Shown here: piece after piece, positions 18,014 through 28,098 of the stretch
Layout: the number at the start of each line of letters is the position of its first letter
Numbering within the stretch: the first letter of the stretch is position 1
Assembly (NCBI GenBank): GCA_024408295.1
Contig: JAKSVE010000003.1
Coordinates: 2,043-66,042 of the forward strand
Direction of reading: 5' to 3'
Origin: Bacilli bacterium
Lineage (GTDB): Bacteria > Bacillota_I > Bacilli_A > RFN20 > CAG-826
Length of the DNA: 64,000 bases
Notes under the pieces: model-generated
The model's database searches: none
What the model was told of the DNA's origin: nothing
The model's input: only the letters and a program-made list of their open reading frames with translations
Translations under genes and position numbers: made by a program

Positions 18014-19808
18014 CGAAATCACCTCCTCCCATCTGAGTTTTAACGAGATCTGCGTAGATTTCGCTAGAATTGATTAACTCTTCATGAGTTCCTTGGTTAA
18101 CAATCTCTCCGTCATCCATGACAAGAATCGTGTCACAATCCTTAACCGAAAGAACACGTTCTGCAACGATGAACTTTGTAACATCAGGTCTTTCGTTTTT
18201 AAGGTATCCACGGATTGTTGCGTCTGTATGTGTGTCAACTGCACTTGTGGAGTCGTCTAATATTAAAATCTTTGGGTTCTTTAATAATGCTCTAGCAATG
18301 CAAAGTCTCTGTTTCTGACCGCCAGATACGTTAGTTCCGCCTTCATCAAGAATCGTTTCGTACTTATCAGGGAATCTCTCAATGAATTCAGAAGCGCACG
18401 CCATATCACACGCTCTTTTGATTTCTTCATCGGTGGCATTCTCGTTGCCCCAAAGAAGATTAGCTTTGATTGTGCCGCTGAATAAAACGTTCTTCTGGAG
18501 AACAACGGAGACCGAATCTCTAAGTGTTTTGATATCGTAATCTCTAACGTCCACCCCACCGACTTTAACAACGCCTTCTTCTGCGTCATACAGTCTTGCA
18601 ATCATTGATAACAAGGTTGATTTGGAAGAGCCTGTTGAACCAACAATGCCGACTGTGGATCCTGATGGAATGTGTAGGTTAATGTGTTTTAGCACTTTGT
18701 GCTCAATATTGGATTTGTATGCGAATGTTACATTTTCAAAATCAACCGTGCCACTCTCAACATTCATAACTGGTTCATCACAATTCTTGATGTCTGGCTC
18801 TTCTTCTAGAATCTCAATTATTCTCTCGCCCGAATTTCTAGCGATGATGCACTGGACGTAAACCATGGAGAGCAAGAAAAGAGACATCATGATCATCAAG
18901 ATGTATGTGAGGAGTGATGTTAAGTCACCGGTGGATAAATATGATGTTCCATATGTCTTGATGAGATATGCACCTAAATAACAGATCATCAAAGACGCTC
19001 CATAAGAGAGGACTTGTAGTAATGGGTTATTAAACGCGATTATTCTTTCATTATGAACGAATTTCTTGAAGATATATTCGGAAACCGATCTGAATTTTGA
19101 ATTCTGCTGTTCCTGACGGCCAAAAGCCTTAACTGCTCTAATACCAGCAATATCTTCCTGGACTTCCTGGTTCAAGCCATCGTATTTATTGAAAATCTCA
19201 ACGAATACGGGGTGGACTTTATTAGCGATGAAGAATAAGAAGAAACCAACAAATGGAACCATTACCACGAAAATAGTGGCTAATTGCCATGATTTAGTGA
19301 AGGCTACCACCATTGCGAAGATAAGCATCAATGGCGATCTAAGCAATGCACGGATTGTCATCTGGTAGGCAAACTGAACGTTAGTAACATCAGTTGTCAT
19401 TCTAGTGACGATTGAAGATGTTGAGAACTTATCAATGTTATTGAATGAATAGTCCTGAATCTTGTAGAACATAGCCTTACGGATGTTGTGTCCAATGCCA
19501 GCACTTGCCTCTGCTGCAGCAAATCCAGCACCGATGCCGGTAAGGACTGCAATTGCGGCGGTGATGATCATGACAACACCTAAGATAACGACGTGAGAAA
19601 GGACAATGTCGGTGGTTGGTCCCCAAATAACAAGATTATCAGAAAAGAATGTGACGGTTTCGCCTTTCAAAACATTAACCAACCATCCGGTTAAGGTTGG
19701 AATAAATATTTCGCAGATGGTTTCAATGAAAACATAGACCCAAGCTATATAGACTTGCTTCTTGTATTTTCCTAATTGTCTTGAGAGTTTAACGATAAGT
19801 TGAATCAT
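18000..19808 (-). CDS. ABC transporter permease/ATP-binding protein (type I exporter half)
   Basis: 602 aa. TM domain plus NBD (GSTGSSKST, VSGGQKQR, LILDDSTSAVD). Overlaps the downstream partner gene. Confidence 0.9.
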   Translation of the reverse strand: MIQLIVKLSRQLGKYKKQVYIAWVYVFIETICEIFIPTLTGWLVNVLKGETVTFFSDNLVIWGPTTDIVLSHVVILGVVMIITAAIAVLTGIGAGFAAAEASAGIGHNIRKAMFYKIQDYSFNNIDKFSTSSIVTRMTTDVTNVQFAYQMTIRALLRSPLMLIFAMVVAFTKSWQLATIFVVMVPFVGFFLFFIANKVHPVFVEIFNKYDGLNQEVQEDIAGIRAVKAFGRQEQQNSKFRSVSEYIFKKFVHNERIIAFNNPLLQVLSYGASLMICYLGAYLIKTYGTSYLSTGDLTSLLTYILMIMMSLFLLSMVYVQCIIARNSGERIIEILEEEPDIKNCDEPVMNVESGTVDFENVTFAYKSNIEHKVLKHINLHIPSGSTVGIVGSTGSSKSTLLSMIARLYDAEEGVVKVGGVDVRDYDIKTLRDSVSVVLQKNVLFSGTIKANLLWGNENATDEEIKRACDMACASEFIERFPDKYETILDEGGTNVSGGQKQRLCIARALLKNPKILILDDSTSAVDTHTDATIRGYLKNERPDVTKFIVAERVLSVKDCDTILVMDDGEIVNQGTHEELINSSEIYADLVKTQMGGGDFDATK

Positions 19809-19863
19809 AACGATTTGCTATTGTAGTTCGTTTAAAAATATTATGTAAGCGAAAATTTATATT

Positions 19864-20838
19864 TTATAAATGACTTCTATTTTTAATGCCGTTGAATATC
19901 TTCTGGAGATCATCATAAGTCTTGATATTCATAGAGATTGCAGCGCGTATTTTCTTGTATCCAGGGAATCCTTTGAAGAAGTGAGGGATGAGTCCTCTTA
20001 GTTGCATGATTGCATCTCTTTCTCCAAGCTGTGCAAGAAGTCGTTTTGAGAAGTCTTCTGCCCAAGCAACTTGATCTTCAAGCGTTGCTTCAGGGAGGAG
20101 TTCTTCTCCATTCATCGCACGCTCAATATTCGTTATTAAACGAGGGTTTCCAAGGCTACCTCTCGCCACCATAACTAATTGCGCCTTAGTTATCTCCACG
20201 GCCTTCATAGCGGCTTCTACGCTGAAGATATCCCCACTGATGCATAAAGGAACCGGAAGTCTATCTCCTAAGCCTCTAAGAGCTTCATAATCCGCTACAC
20301 CCATATAGAGCTGTCTGGATGTTCTTGCGTGGATGGTAATCATAGATACTCCAGCATCAACTAAAACCTTGCAAATCTCCTCAAAATTGATGGAATTCTC
20401 ATCCCAACCGAGTCTAATCTTTGCAGTGACTGGCTTATGTGAGTGTTCCACCACTTTCTTCATGTAAACGCCGAGTCCTTCAGGGTCTTTTAACCACGCA
20501 GAACCCGCTCCGGTTTGAACTACCTTATGGACAGGGCATCCTAAATTGATATCCAAGATATCGTAGTCCGCTTCTTGTTCGATGATATCAATTGCCTTTA
20601 ATGTCATCTCGATGTCAGAACCGAAAAGCTGCAATCCAACAGGCCTATCCTCTTTTGAAGTGACAAAGTATCTCATGGTCTTTTGGTTGCCATAGGCAAG
20701 ACCGCAGTCCGAAATCATTTCGCTATATGAAAGAGCAACACCAAAAGGCTTGCAAAAATCTCTATATGCAAGTGTTGTTACTCCCGCCATAGGTCCGAGA
20801 ATTACATGTCCGTTAATTTCAACATTTCCGATCTTCAT
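19864..20838 (-). CDS. dusB: tRNA-dihydrouridine synthase
   Basis: 324 aa. Dus family TIM-barrel motifs (LGPMAGVT, DINLGCP, TIHARTSRQ). Sits upstream of lysS as in B. subtilis. Confidence 0.88.
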   Translation of the reverse strand: MKIGNVEINGHVILGPMAGVTTLAYRDFCKPFGVALSYSEMISDCGLAYGNQKTMRYFVTSKEDRPVGLQLFGSDIEMTLKAIDIIEQEADYDILDINLGCPVHKVVQTGAGSAWLKDPEGLGVYMKKVVEHSHKPVTAKIRLGWDENSINFEEICKVLVDAGVSMITIHARTSRQLYMGVADYEALRGLGDRLPVPLCISGDIFSVEAAMKAVEITKAQLVMVARGSLGNPRLITNIERAMNGEELLPEATLEDQVAWAEDFSKRLLAQLGERDAIMQLRGLIPHFFKGFPGYKKIRAAISMNIKTYDDLQKIFNGIKNRSHL

Positions 20839-20844
20839 ATTCTT

Positions 20845-20871
20845 GATAAAGAAAGAGGCCGAGGAGGCCTC
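20845..20871 (-). terminator. Hairpin (terminator/attenuator) between ftsH and dusB
   Basis: GAGGCC (20855-20860) / GGCCTC (20866-20871) stem followed on the minus strand by CUUUCUUU. Confidence 0.45.
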
Positions 20872-20886
20872 CTTCGAGTTGTTTGT

Positions 20887-23055
20887 TTATTCCGCTGTTT
20901 CTGGAGCAGCTGGAGCTTCTTCTTTTGGCTCTTCTGCCACGACTGGTTCTTCAGCTGGAGTTTCAGCCGGAACATCTTTTGATGGGAGTTTTCCGGTCTT
21001 GACCAAGGATTCGATTTCCTCAGATGTGATTGTTTCCTGAGTAAGGAGTGTATCCGCAATCATTGTAACCTGGTCTTTGTGGCTTTCGATGATAGCAAGA
21101 GCTTCCTTATGAGCGTTCTCAATGATCTCACGGACCGCTTTATCAATCTGCTGAGCCACTTCTGCAGAGAAGTTCTTCTGTGTGTTGGTGTAGTCTCTTC
21201 CCAAGAAGACTGAACCTGAAGCCTGCTCATACTGGATTGGGCCAAGATCTGACATACCCCATTCGGTAACCATGAGTCTTGCGATTCTGGTTGCTCTTTC
21301 GATATCGTTTGATGCGCCAGTAGAAATATCTTCAAAGAAGATTTCTTCTGATGCACGACCACCTAATAAGCCTGTGATTTCAGCGAGTAACTGTTTCTTG
21401 GTGTTCAAGAATCTATCGATATCAGGCATCATTTGGACATGACCACCCGTCTTTCCGCGTGGAACGATTGTGATCTTTTGAACCTTATCGGCATCAGGGA
21501 GTGTAAGTCCGATGATTGCGTGTCCTGCTTCATGGTACGCGATCTGCTTCTTTTCATTTGCAGACATAACCTGGTTTTTCTTTGCTGGACCAGCGATTCT
21601 TCTATCGATTGCCTCTTCGATTTCGTCCATTCCAATGATGTCTTTCTTGAATCTGACAGCAAGGATTGCGGCTTCGTTTAAGATGTTGTCGATATCAGCA
21701 CCGGTAAATCCAACAGTTCTCTTTGCAAGGATAGAGAAGTCAACGTCTGGAGAGATCTTCTTGTTCTTTGCGTGAACTTTGAAGATAGCCTCACGGCCCT
21801 TGAGGTCTGGATAGTTGACTGTGATGATTCTATCGAATCTTCCAGGTCTTAAAAGAGCTGGGTCAAGGACATCATCACGGTTTGTTGCTGCCATGACTAA
21901 GATACCAGCGTTGAATGCGAAGCCGTCCATCTCAACGAGTAACTGGTTGAGTGTCTGCTCTCTTTCATCGTTGCCACCACCAAGGCCTGCGCCTCTTTGA
22001 CGACCAACAGCATCGATTTCATCGATAAAGATAATACATGGTGCTGTCTGTTTTGCTTTCTTGAATAAGTCTCTAACACGTCCAGCACCGACACCGACGA
22101 ACATTTCGACGAAGTCTGAACCAGAGATGCTATAGAATGGAACTCCTGCTTCTCCTGCTGTAGCTTTGGCTAAGAGAGTCTTACCTGTTCCAGGTGGACC
22201 AACAAGAAGGACACCTTTTGGTAATCTAGCACCACATGTTGAGTATTTCTTTGGAGACTTGAGGTAGTCGACCATTTCGACCATCTCTTCTTTTTCTTCA
22301 TCGCATCCAGCCACATCATCGAATCTAACTTTTGATGATTCTCTTCTTGCTGGAGACTTGTTGAAGTCCATAGCTCCTTTTCCGCCAGCGCCGCCAAGTC
22401 TTGTAAGAAGGAAGATCATAAGTCCACCCATGACAACGATTTCAAGGATTGTTGGTCCCCAAACGTCCCAGAATGAGACTTCATATGCGTTTGTAGCATC
22501 GACTTTGCCCGGCTTTAAAGTCTTGATTACTTTGTCATCGAGTTTGCCATTGAAATAGCCTTCCTCGAGTTTCTTGTTCCATTCTGAAACCTTTCCAGAA
22601 AGGACGGTCTGATATGCATCGTGCGTAACTGTATAGCTTGTGTTTGCATCTGTATAGACAATAGCATCGAATGCATTTTCCAATCTCTCGTTTGAAACGA
22701 GTGCTTTCACGGTTGCCTTGCCTCTGACGTTTGGTGCTCCATTTTCGGCAATTGGATAGACCACCATTGTAACTTCTGTGACATCGTATGCCTTTGTCTC
22801 AGTCCATGACTGAAGATAGTAGCACTTCTCATCTCCGAGGTTGGTGTAGTCATCATCGAAGCCGTATTTTGCAACTCCTCCGTCAACTGTGACTACATAT
22901 CTGAAGAATGTGTCGATATCACTTTCAACCCACGTGGATGCTCCGCTGAGGGATGAAGAGACAAAATAAAATATAGCGGCGATTGCGATTGCGCCGATTA
23001 AAAGATAAGGCAATAAGGTTCTGAATATTCCAGGTTTTCTTGGTTGTTCGTCCAT
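20887..23055 (-). CDS. ftsH: ATP-dependent zinc metalloprotease FtsH with enlarged extracytoplasmic domain
   Basis: 722 aa. AAA Walker [12 protein letters not shown] region, HEAGHA zinc motif. Two TM helices (about aa 14-34 and 197-220). Acidic P/E/A-rich C-terminal tail. Confidence 0.97.
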   Translation of the reverse strand: MDEQPRKPGIFRTLLPYLLIGAIAIAAIFYFVSSSLSGASTWVESDIDTFFRYVVTVDGGVAKYGFDDDYTNLGDEKCYYLQSWTETKAYDVTEVTMVVYPIAENGAPNVRGKATVKALVSNERLENAFDAIVYTDANTSYTVTHDAYQTVLSGKVSEWNKKLEEGYFNGKLDDKVIKTLKPGKVDATNAYEVSFWDVWGPTILEIVVMGGLMIFLLTRLGGAGGKGAMDFNKSPARRESSKVRFDDVAGCDEEKEEMVEMVDYLKSPKKYSTCGARLPKGVLLVGPPGTGKTLLAKATAGEAGVPFYSISGSDFVEMFVGVGAGRVRDLFKKAKQTAPCIIFIDEIDAVGRQRGAGLGGGNDEREQTLNQLLVEMDGFAFNAGILVMAATNRDDVLDPALLRPGRFDRIITVNYPDLKGREAIFKVHAKNKKISPDVDFSILAKRTVGFTGADIDNILNEAAILAVRFKKDIIGMDEIEEAIDRRIAGPAKKNQVMSANEKKQIAYHEAGHAIIGLTLPDADKVQKITIVPRGKTGGHVQMMPDIDRFLNTKKQLLAEITGLLGGRASEEIFFEDISTGASNDIERATRIARLMVTEWGMSDLGPIQYEQASGSVFLGRDYTNTQKNFSAEVAQQIDKAVREIIENAHKEALAIIESHKDQVTMIADTLLTQETITSEEIESLVKTGKLPSKDVPAETPAEEPVVAEEPKEEAPAAPETAE

Positions 23056-23157
23056 ATCGTTTCCTCCTCTAAGTAAATTCTAGCATACGCACTTTATCAA
23101 TTTTTGTGCAATTATCAATAGAAATTGATACTTGTGCGTTCTTTTTCCACTAAAAGT

Positions 23158-23442
23158 TTAGTTATGTTGCGGGGTCTCTATTTCCCTTTCAACATATTCA
23201 TCTCCTGTGATTTCAAACATCTTTGCAGCATCTTCTTTCTTTGCAAAAGGTCTTACTTCAAGGATTTTTGCGGAGATTTTGTGTTTTCCAAGGAACAGCA
23301 CTAGCTCATCCCCTGGCTTGATTTCTGTCATTGGCTTTGCGGCCTTTCCGTTAATGAAGACATCTTTATCGTCGCAAAGTTCTTTTGCGGTCTCTCTTCT
23401 CTTGATGAGTCTTGAGACTTTTAGAAATTTATCTATTCTCAT
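23158..23442 (-). CDS. S4-domain RNA-binding protein (YabO/Hsp15-like)
   Basis: 94 aa beginning MRIDKFLKVSRLIKRRETAKELCD, an S4 motif. Its ATGA overlaps the mfd stop. mfd-S4 synteny matches Bacilli. Confidence 0.8.
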   Translation of the reverse strand: MRIDKFLKVSRLIKRRETAKELCDDKDVFINGKAAKPMTEIKPGDELVLFLGKHKISAKILEVRPFAKKEDAAKMFEITGDEYVEREIETPQHN

Positions 23443-26400
23443 GCGGTTGCACCTCCTAATTTATGGCTTGCATACACCTTATGGATGATACGCAATATCG
23501 ATTCAATGTCATCAACCCACTTATCGCGCTTCGTGACTTTGATCTTAAGTTTCTTATCCAGGAACGTCACCTTCACAATTCTAATGTAAGGGACTATCGC
23601 GCTGAAGAGTTCGTTCCCGATGCCACTAAGTGTTGAGAACTTGTCTGAGAGAGTGATATCCACTCTATCCTTAGCTTCTTCAAGAAGGGCGATCTCCTCT
23701 TGAGATGATAATACATCTATTCTCTTTTTCTGAATCAAACGCTCAGCCTGAGATGGAAGTTTTCCATAGATATCGCGCATTTTCGCAACAATTCCATCGA
23801 TTTCCTCTTCAGATTCGGCATTTTCTAAATCGGAGTACAATTCGAGTTTGTCCCCGTTTCCGGCAAACTCTTCAGGAATGTAAGCATCGATTGAGAGAAG
23901 TCTCTTAGGCTTTGGTGGCTCTTTGGTGATACCGGTCTTCTTCTCCTCTATCGTCTCGTTGAGCATCTTAAGATATAAATCCAAGCCGATTGAATCAATG
24001 AATCCGGCTTGCTCTGCTCCAAGGATATCTCCGGCACCTCTAATCATGAGATCTCTTTGGGCAATCTTGTATCCACTTCCGAGTTCAGTGAAATCCTGGA
24101 TGGCCTTAAGTCTCTTTTGAGCGTCCTCGTTCATGTTCTTTTGAGGCTTATACATCAAATATGCATATGCGATTTTATCACCTCTTCCAACACGACCTTT
24201 GATTTGATAAAGCTGAGATAATCCAAATCTATCAGCATCTTCAACGATGATCATATTCGCGTTTGGAACATCAATTCCGTTTTCAACTATGGATGTAGCA
24301 ATTAAGACGTTGACGGATCCATCATAGAATTTGGTCATGACGTCTTCGATTTCGTCTTTTGTCATCTTGCCGTGCACCACTCCAACTGAAGCGCCTTGAA
24401 CCTTCGATGATATATTCGCAGCGACGTTATAAATGCTTGCGACATAGTTATGGACATAGAAGACTTGTCCTTGTCTAGTCAACTCTCTTTGAATCAACTC
24501 GTAGACAACATCTTCTTTGAATGGGGTGACGTACGTCTGAATTGGCATTCTAACAGATGGTGCAGTGTTGATTTCCGATAATGGACGAATGCCAACCAAA
24601 GACATCTGCATCGTCCTAGGAATCGGGGTTGCCGAAAGAGTCAAGACATCAACATTTCTCTTTAACGCCTTGATCTTCTCCTTCTGCTCAACACCAAATC
24701 TTTGTTCCTCATCAATGATAAGCAATCCCAAATCTTTGAACGAAACGGATTTTGATAATAAGCGGTGTGTGCCGATAACCAAATCCATCTTCCCGTTTTT
24801 AATCTCCTCGATATCAAGTTTCTGAATCGAAGGAGGAACGAGTCTAGACATGTGTGAGATATGGATGCCGAATGTGGCAAATCTCTGCAACGCTAACTCA
24901 TAGTGTTGTCTTGCTAATAATGTTGTCGGACAAAGAATTGCTACCTGTTTTCCTGCAGAAATAGCCTTAAATGCCGCTCTCATAGCAATTTCAGTCTTCC
25001 CGAAACCGACGTCGCCACAAAGAAGACGATCCATGACTTTATTGGATTCCATGTCATCTTTGATCTCCCTTAAAGACTTTGCCTGGTCTGCAGTAAGCTC
25101 ATATGGGAATTCTTCTTCGAACTTAATCTGCAACTCATCGTCTTCCGGGAAGGCAAAACCATCCACTTTTGCTCTTTCGGAGTATAAGTTGAGCAACCTC
25201 TCAGCTAAGTCGTTAAGTTTTTCTTTGATTTTCTCTTTTCGTTTCTTCCAATCTCCGGAGAACAAATGCGAAAGTCTAGGTGATGCACCTTCTCTTCCGG
25301 AATATTTTCTAACCAACCTAAATTGTTCAAGAGGGACATATAAAGTCTCATCTCCTGCATAGGCAATTCTTAGGTAATCTCTTCTTACACCATCCTTCTC
25401 AATCATCTTGATTTCAACGAATTGACCGATGCCATATGTTTCATGGACAACATAATCTCCAGGTCTTAAATCGTCGTAATTCTTAAGGATTGTTGCTTCT
25501 TTGAATCTGGAGGTAAATCTTGAAGAAACAGCTCGTTTTCCAAAGATTTCCGATGCGGAAATGTACGCGATTGAGAGTTCTTGGATTTCAAAACCGACAT
25601 TTAACGGCTCTCTAGCAATGCCTAGATGTCCTAAAGGTAAACCATATCCTTCAACATCTTCGTAGGCGATATCCACGTTATCGAGGAATGATTTTATTGC
25701 GCCGATTTGATGGTCATCCGATACCGCTATAACAACTTTCTTGTTGTAATCCATGTAAGATTGGATCAACGGAATAAATCCGGCTATTCCGGTTGTGGCT
25801 GTTGTTATGGTTCTGACATTGAAAACAGTGTCGGTTGGATATTTTTGGAATTTTGTTCCATAGACAATTCTTCCCGCATCTCTAAAAGCGTCTTTAGGAC
25901 TCATATAATGAGAAAGGCGGGTAATTATGTTTCTTGCTTGGAATAATTCACCATAGAACCTTTCTGCCTCTTCTTTCAGCATTTCCGTTCCGGTTGCGAA
26001 TCCTTCTCTATCAGCAACAAAAGCAATTTCAGGAGAGAAATACGAAAGGATTGAATAAGGCTTCTTTAAGCCAAATCCATAATATCTGTATAAAGATGGT
26101 TTGTAATTTCTTGAGACGATGTCTTCTAAGTCTCTCATCACATTGCCACTGAGTTCCTCATGATCACCCATAGGCATGAGTTCTGCATCCGCTTTTAATC
26201 TATCTCTAATTTTATCCGTGAGTTCGCTTATGCGATCATCGCTCATGTACATATCGCTCGCAGGATAAACAGTAACTGTGTCGAGTTTGTCTTTTGATGT
26301 CTGAGTAGCTATATCAAATTCCTTGATTGAATCTACTTCATCGCCAAAAAATTCGATTCTGATAGGCTTAACAAAATTGACTGAGTAAATATCGAGGATA

Positions 26401-26831
26401 TCTCCACGAGAAGCAAATTGCAGAGATTGGTCAACTTTATTGACACGTGAATATCCCATCTCAGCCAACTTGACCTTAAGTTCAGCCAAATTAACAACAT
26501 CGCCGATCTTTAACGTGAATGAAGATGACTTGAATTCCTCAGGGTTCGCTTGGAATCTCAGAAGAGCACTAGGGTGGGTAATCAAAATATGTGGCTTACC
26601 ATTAGTTATTTGACCCATTGCATATAGTCTTTGAGCCATCAATTCTCTAGAGGATGATAAAGACTCCGCTCTGAGCAATTCGTCCGCAGGGAAGAATGCA
26701 ACATCCTCTTCTTTTAGGAAGTTCAAAAGGAATTCATAAGTCTTCTGAGCGCTGTATTGGTTATTGCAAATTAGGGCGTAATTCGCTGGTTTTTTCTTAA
26801 AAATGCTAGCGAAAATCAAACCTACACCCAA
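23439..26831 (-). CDS. mfd: Transcription-repair coupling factor Mfd (5' end uncertain, probably extends upstream)
   Basis: 1130-aa ORF from TTG at 26831. Contains a CarD-like domain, an SF2 helicase (GDVGFGKTE, DEEQRFG) and a TRG motif. The reading frame stays open and Mfd-like up to the pth stop. Confidence 0.95.
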   Translation of the reverse strand: MGVGLIFASIFKKKPANYALICNNQYSAQKTYEFLLNFLKEEDVAFFPADELLRAESLSSSRELMAQRLYAMGQITNGKPHILITHPSALLRFQANPEEFKSSSFTLKIGDVVNLAELKVKLAEMGYSRVNKVDQSLQFASRGDILDIYSVNFVKPIRIEFFGDEVDSIKEFDIATQTSKDKLDTVTVYPASDMYMSDDRISELTDKIRDRLKADAELMPMGDHEELSGNVMRDLEDIVSRNYKPSLYRYYGFGLKKPYSILSYFSPEIAFVADREGFATGTEMLKEEAERFYGELFQARNIITRLSHYMSPKDAFRDAGRIVYGTKFQKYPTDTVFNVRTITTATTGIAGFIPLIQSYMDYNKKVVIAVSDDHQIGAIKSFLDNVDIAYEDVEGYGLPLGHLGIAREPLNVGFEIQELSIAYISASEIFGKRAVSSRFTSRFKEATILKNYDDLRPGDYVVHETYGIGQFVEIKMIEKDGVRRDYLRIAYAGDETLYVPLEQFRLVRKYSGREGASPRLSHLFSGDWKKRKEKIKEKLNDLAERLLNLYSERAKVDGFAFPEDDELQIKFEEEFPYELTADQAKSLREIKDDMESNKVMDRLLCGDVGFGKTEIAMRAAFKAISAGKQVAILCPTTLLARQHYELALQRFATFGIHISHMSRLVPPSIQKLDIEEIKNGKMDLVIGTHRLLSKSVSFKDLGLLIIDEEQRFGVEQKEKIKALKRNVDVLTLSATPIPRTMQMSLVGIRPLSEINTAPSVRMPIQTYVTPFKEDVVYELIQRELTRQGQVFYVHNYVASIYNVAANISSKVQGASVGVVHGKMTKDEIEDVMTKFYDGSVNVLIATSIVENGIDVPNANMIIVEDADRFGLSQLYQIKGRVGRGDKIAYAYLMYKPQKNMNEDAQKRLKAIQDFTELGSGYKIAQRDLMIRGAGDILGAEQAGFIDSIGLDLYLKMLNETIEEKKTGITKEPPKPKRLLSIDAYIPEEFAGNGDKLELYSDLENAESEEEIDGIVAKMRDIYGKLPSQAERLIQKKRIDVLSSQEEIALLEEAKDRVDITLSDKFSTLSGIGNELFSAIVPYIRIVKVTFLDKKLKIKVTKRDKWVDDIESILRIIHKVYASHKLGGATA

Positions 26832-26926
26832 AGTGTCATTAACGACAAAATTCCCCTTACTCTCAAAGAGGGGGGTGGTGAAATTCAGTTTTTCTAGTTC
26901 TCTGAATAAATCCGTCTTTTGTCTCC

Positions 26927-27493
26927 TTATTTGCTCTGGCAGCGATTCAACGCAAAGTCGAATCCCTTCTTGAGTATCGTCATTATGGCATCAGATGCTT
27001 TTTTGATAGCGGCATCTGTTTTGACCTTGCTTTCGCCTTGAGGTTTGCCCAAGACATAATCTATCGCGTTCTTATGAGGTGGTTCACCAATACCAATTCT
27101 AATCCTCTTAATCTTATCGGTGCCAAGATTATCAATTATGTTTTGAATGCCTTTGTGTCCACCGCTTGAACCACTTGCCCTTAATCTTAGTGCACCTTCA
27201 GGAATTGCCATCTCATCGTAGACAACAACAATATCCTCGACATCAATTTTATAGAAATTCACCGCTTCCCTGACTGATGTTCCCGATAAGTTCATGTAGG
27301 TGTGAGGTTTAAGAATCATAATCTTGTCACCAAAAGCTGGGTTGTTGATGACTGTGTATTCGCCATTAAAACCTTCTCTTTCAAATGAGTAGCCCAAAGA
27401 ATCCGCAAACATATCAAGAGCCATAAAGCCCATGTTGTGGCGTGTCCCTTCGTATTCTTTTCCTGGATTTCCTAAACCAACGATTAATTTCAT
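26927..27493 (-). CDS. pth: Peptidyl-tRNA hydrolase
   Basis: 188 aa beginning MKLIVGLGNPGKEYEGTRHNMGF, the canonical Pth N-terminus. pth-mfd synteny is conserved. Confidence 0.95.
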   Translation of the reverse strand: MKLIVGLGNPGKEYEGTRHNMGFMALDMFADSLGYSFEREGFNGEYTVINNPAFGDKIMILKPHTYMNLSGTSVREAVNFYKIDVEDIVVVYDEMAIPEGALRLRASGSSGGHKGIQNIIDNLGTDKIKRIRIGIGEPPHKNAIDYVLGKPQGESKVKTDAAIKKASDAIMTILKKGFDFALNRCQSK

Positions 27494-27494
27494 A

Positions 27495-28034
27495 CTAATT
27501 TTGCAAGGATAATGTGTTAATCACGTTAACAATCTTATCCACTTTCTCCTGATCGTAATATTCGATTGCAGTTGTTTTGAATGATTTATACATAGCAACC
27601 ATTTCTGGGGTTGAGTTCTTGTCTGTTGTAACCTTGGCGATCATAAGACTCATAACCATTCTATATTTCCATTTGAGCTTGGAATAAGAGAAGCTACCAC
27701 GGAGCTGATAATAACGTATATGGTACAAATCTAAAACGTTGCTTCTTATAAGCTCTTTTCTTCCTTCTGGAGAGGTATAAGACATTCCACTTGAGAACAA
27801 CAGAACGTTCTTCTTCTGCTCCTCCATTTCTTCATAATGTGATAAGAAGTCATTGAGGCCCTGAATCTGAGCATTCAACACCCATCCGCCAAAGACGATA
27901 GTGTCGTAGTTGGCAAGTTTTCTCCATTTGAATTTCTTAAGTGGCATGACTTCTGCATTTACTCTTGCAGCGATGTCTTCCGCGTACTTCTTTGTGGTTC
28001 CTGATGAACTCTCGTATAACACAATTGTTTTCAT
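27495..28034 (-). CDS. Flavodoxin-domain protein (HemG/Flavodoxin_5-like)
   Basis: The preferred ATG at 28032-28034 gives MKTIVLYESSSGTTKKYAEDIA, an FMN-binding loop. The longer track start at 28202 would overlap the divergent gene. Confidence 0.7.
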   Translation of the reverse strand: MKTIVLYESSSGTTKKYAEDIAARVNAEVMPLKKFKWRKLANYDTIVFGGWVLNAQIQGLNDFLSHYEEMEEQKKNVLLFSSGMSYTSPEGRKELIRSNVLDLYHIRYYQLRGSFSYSKLKWKYRMVMSLMIAKVTTDKNSTPEMVAMYKSFKTTAIEYYDQEKVDKIVNVINTLSLQN

Positions 28035-28098
28035 AATATGAAATACTACCACTAACGAAGAGTAGATAAAAGATGGCGCAAAGATTAGAATAGTGTTC

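Noticed and set aside
26868-26880. Suspected frameshift at a G6 homopolymer near the 5' end of mfd
   Set aside because: Codon-by-codon re-translation shows the Mfd-like frame is continuous through the run. The problem is the lack of a canonical start codon, not a frameshift.
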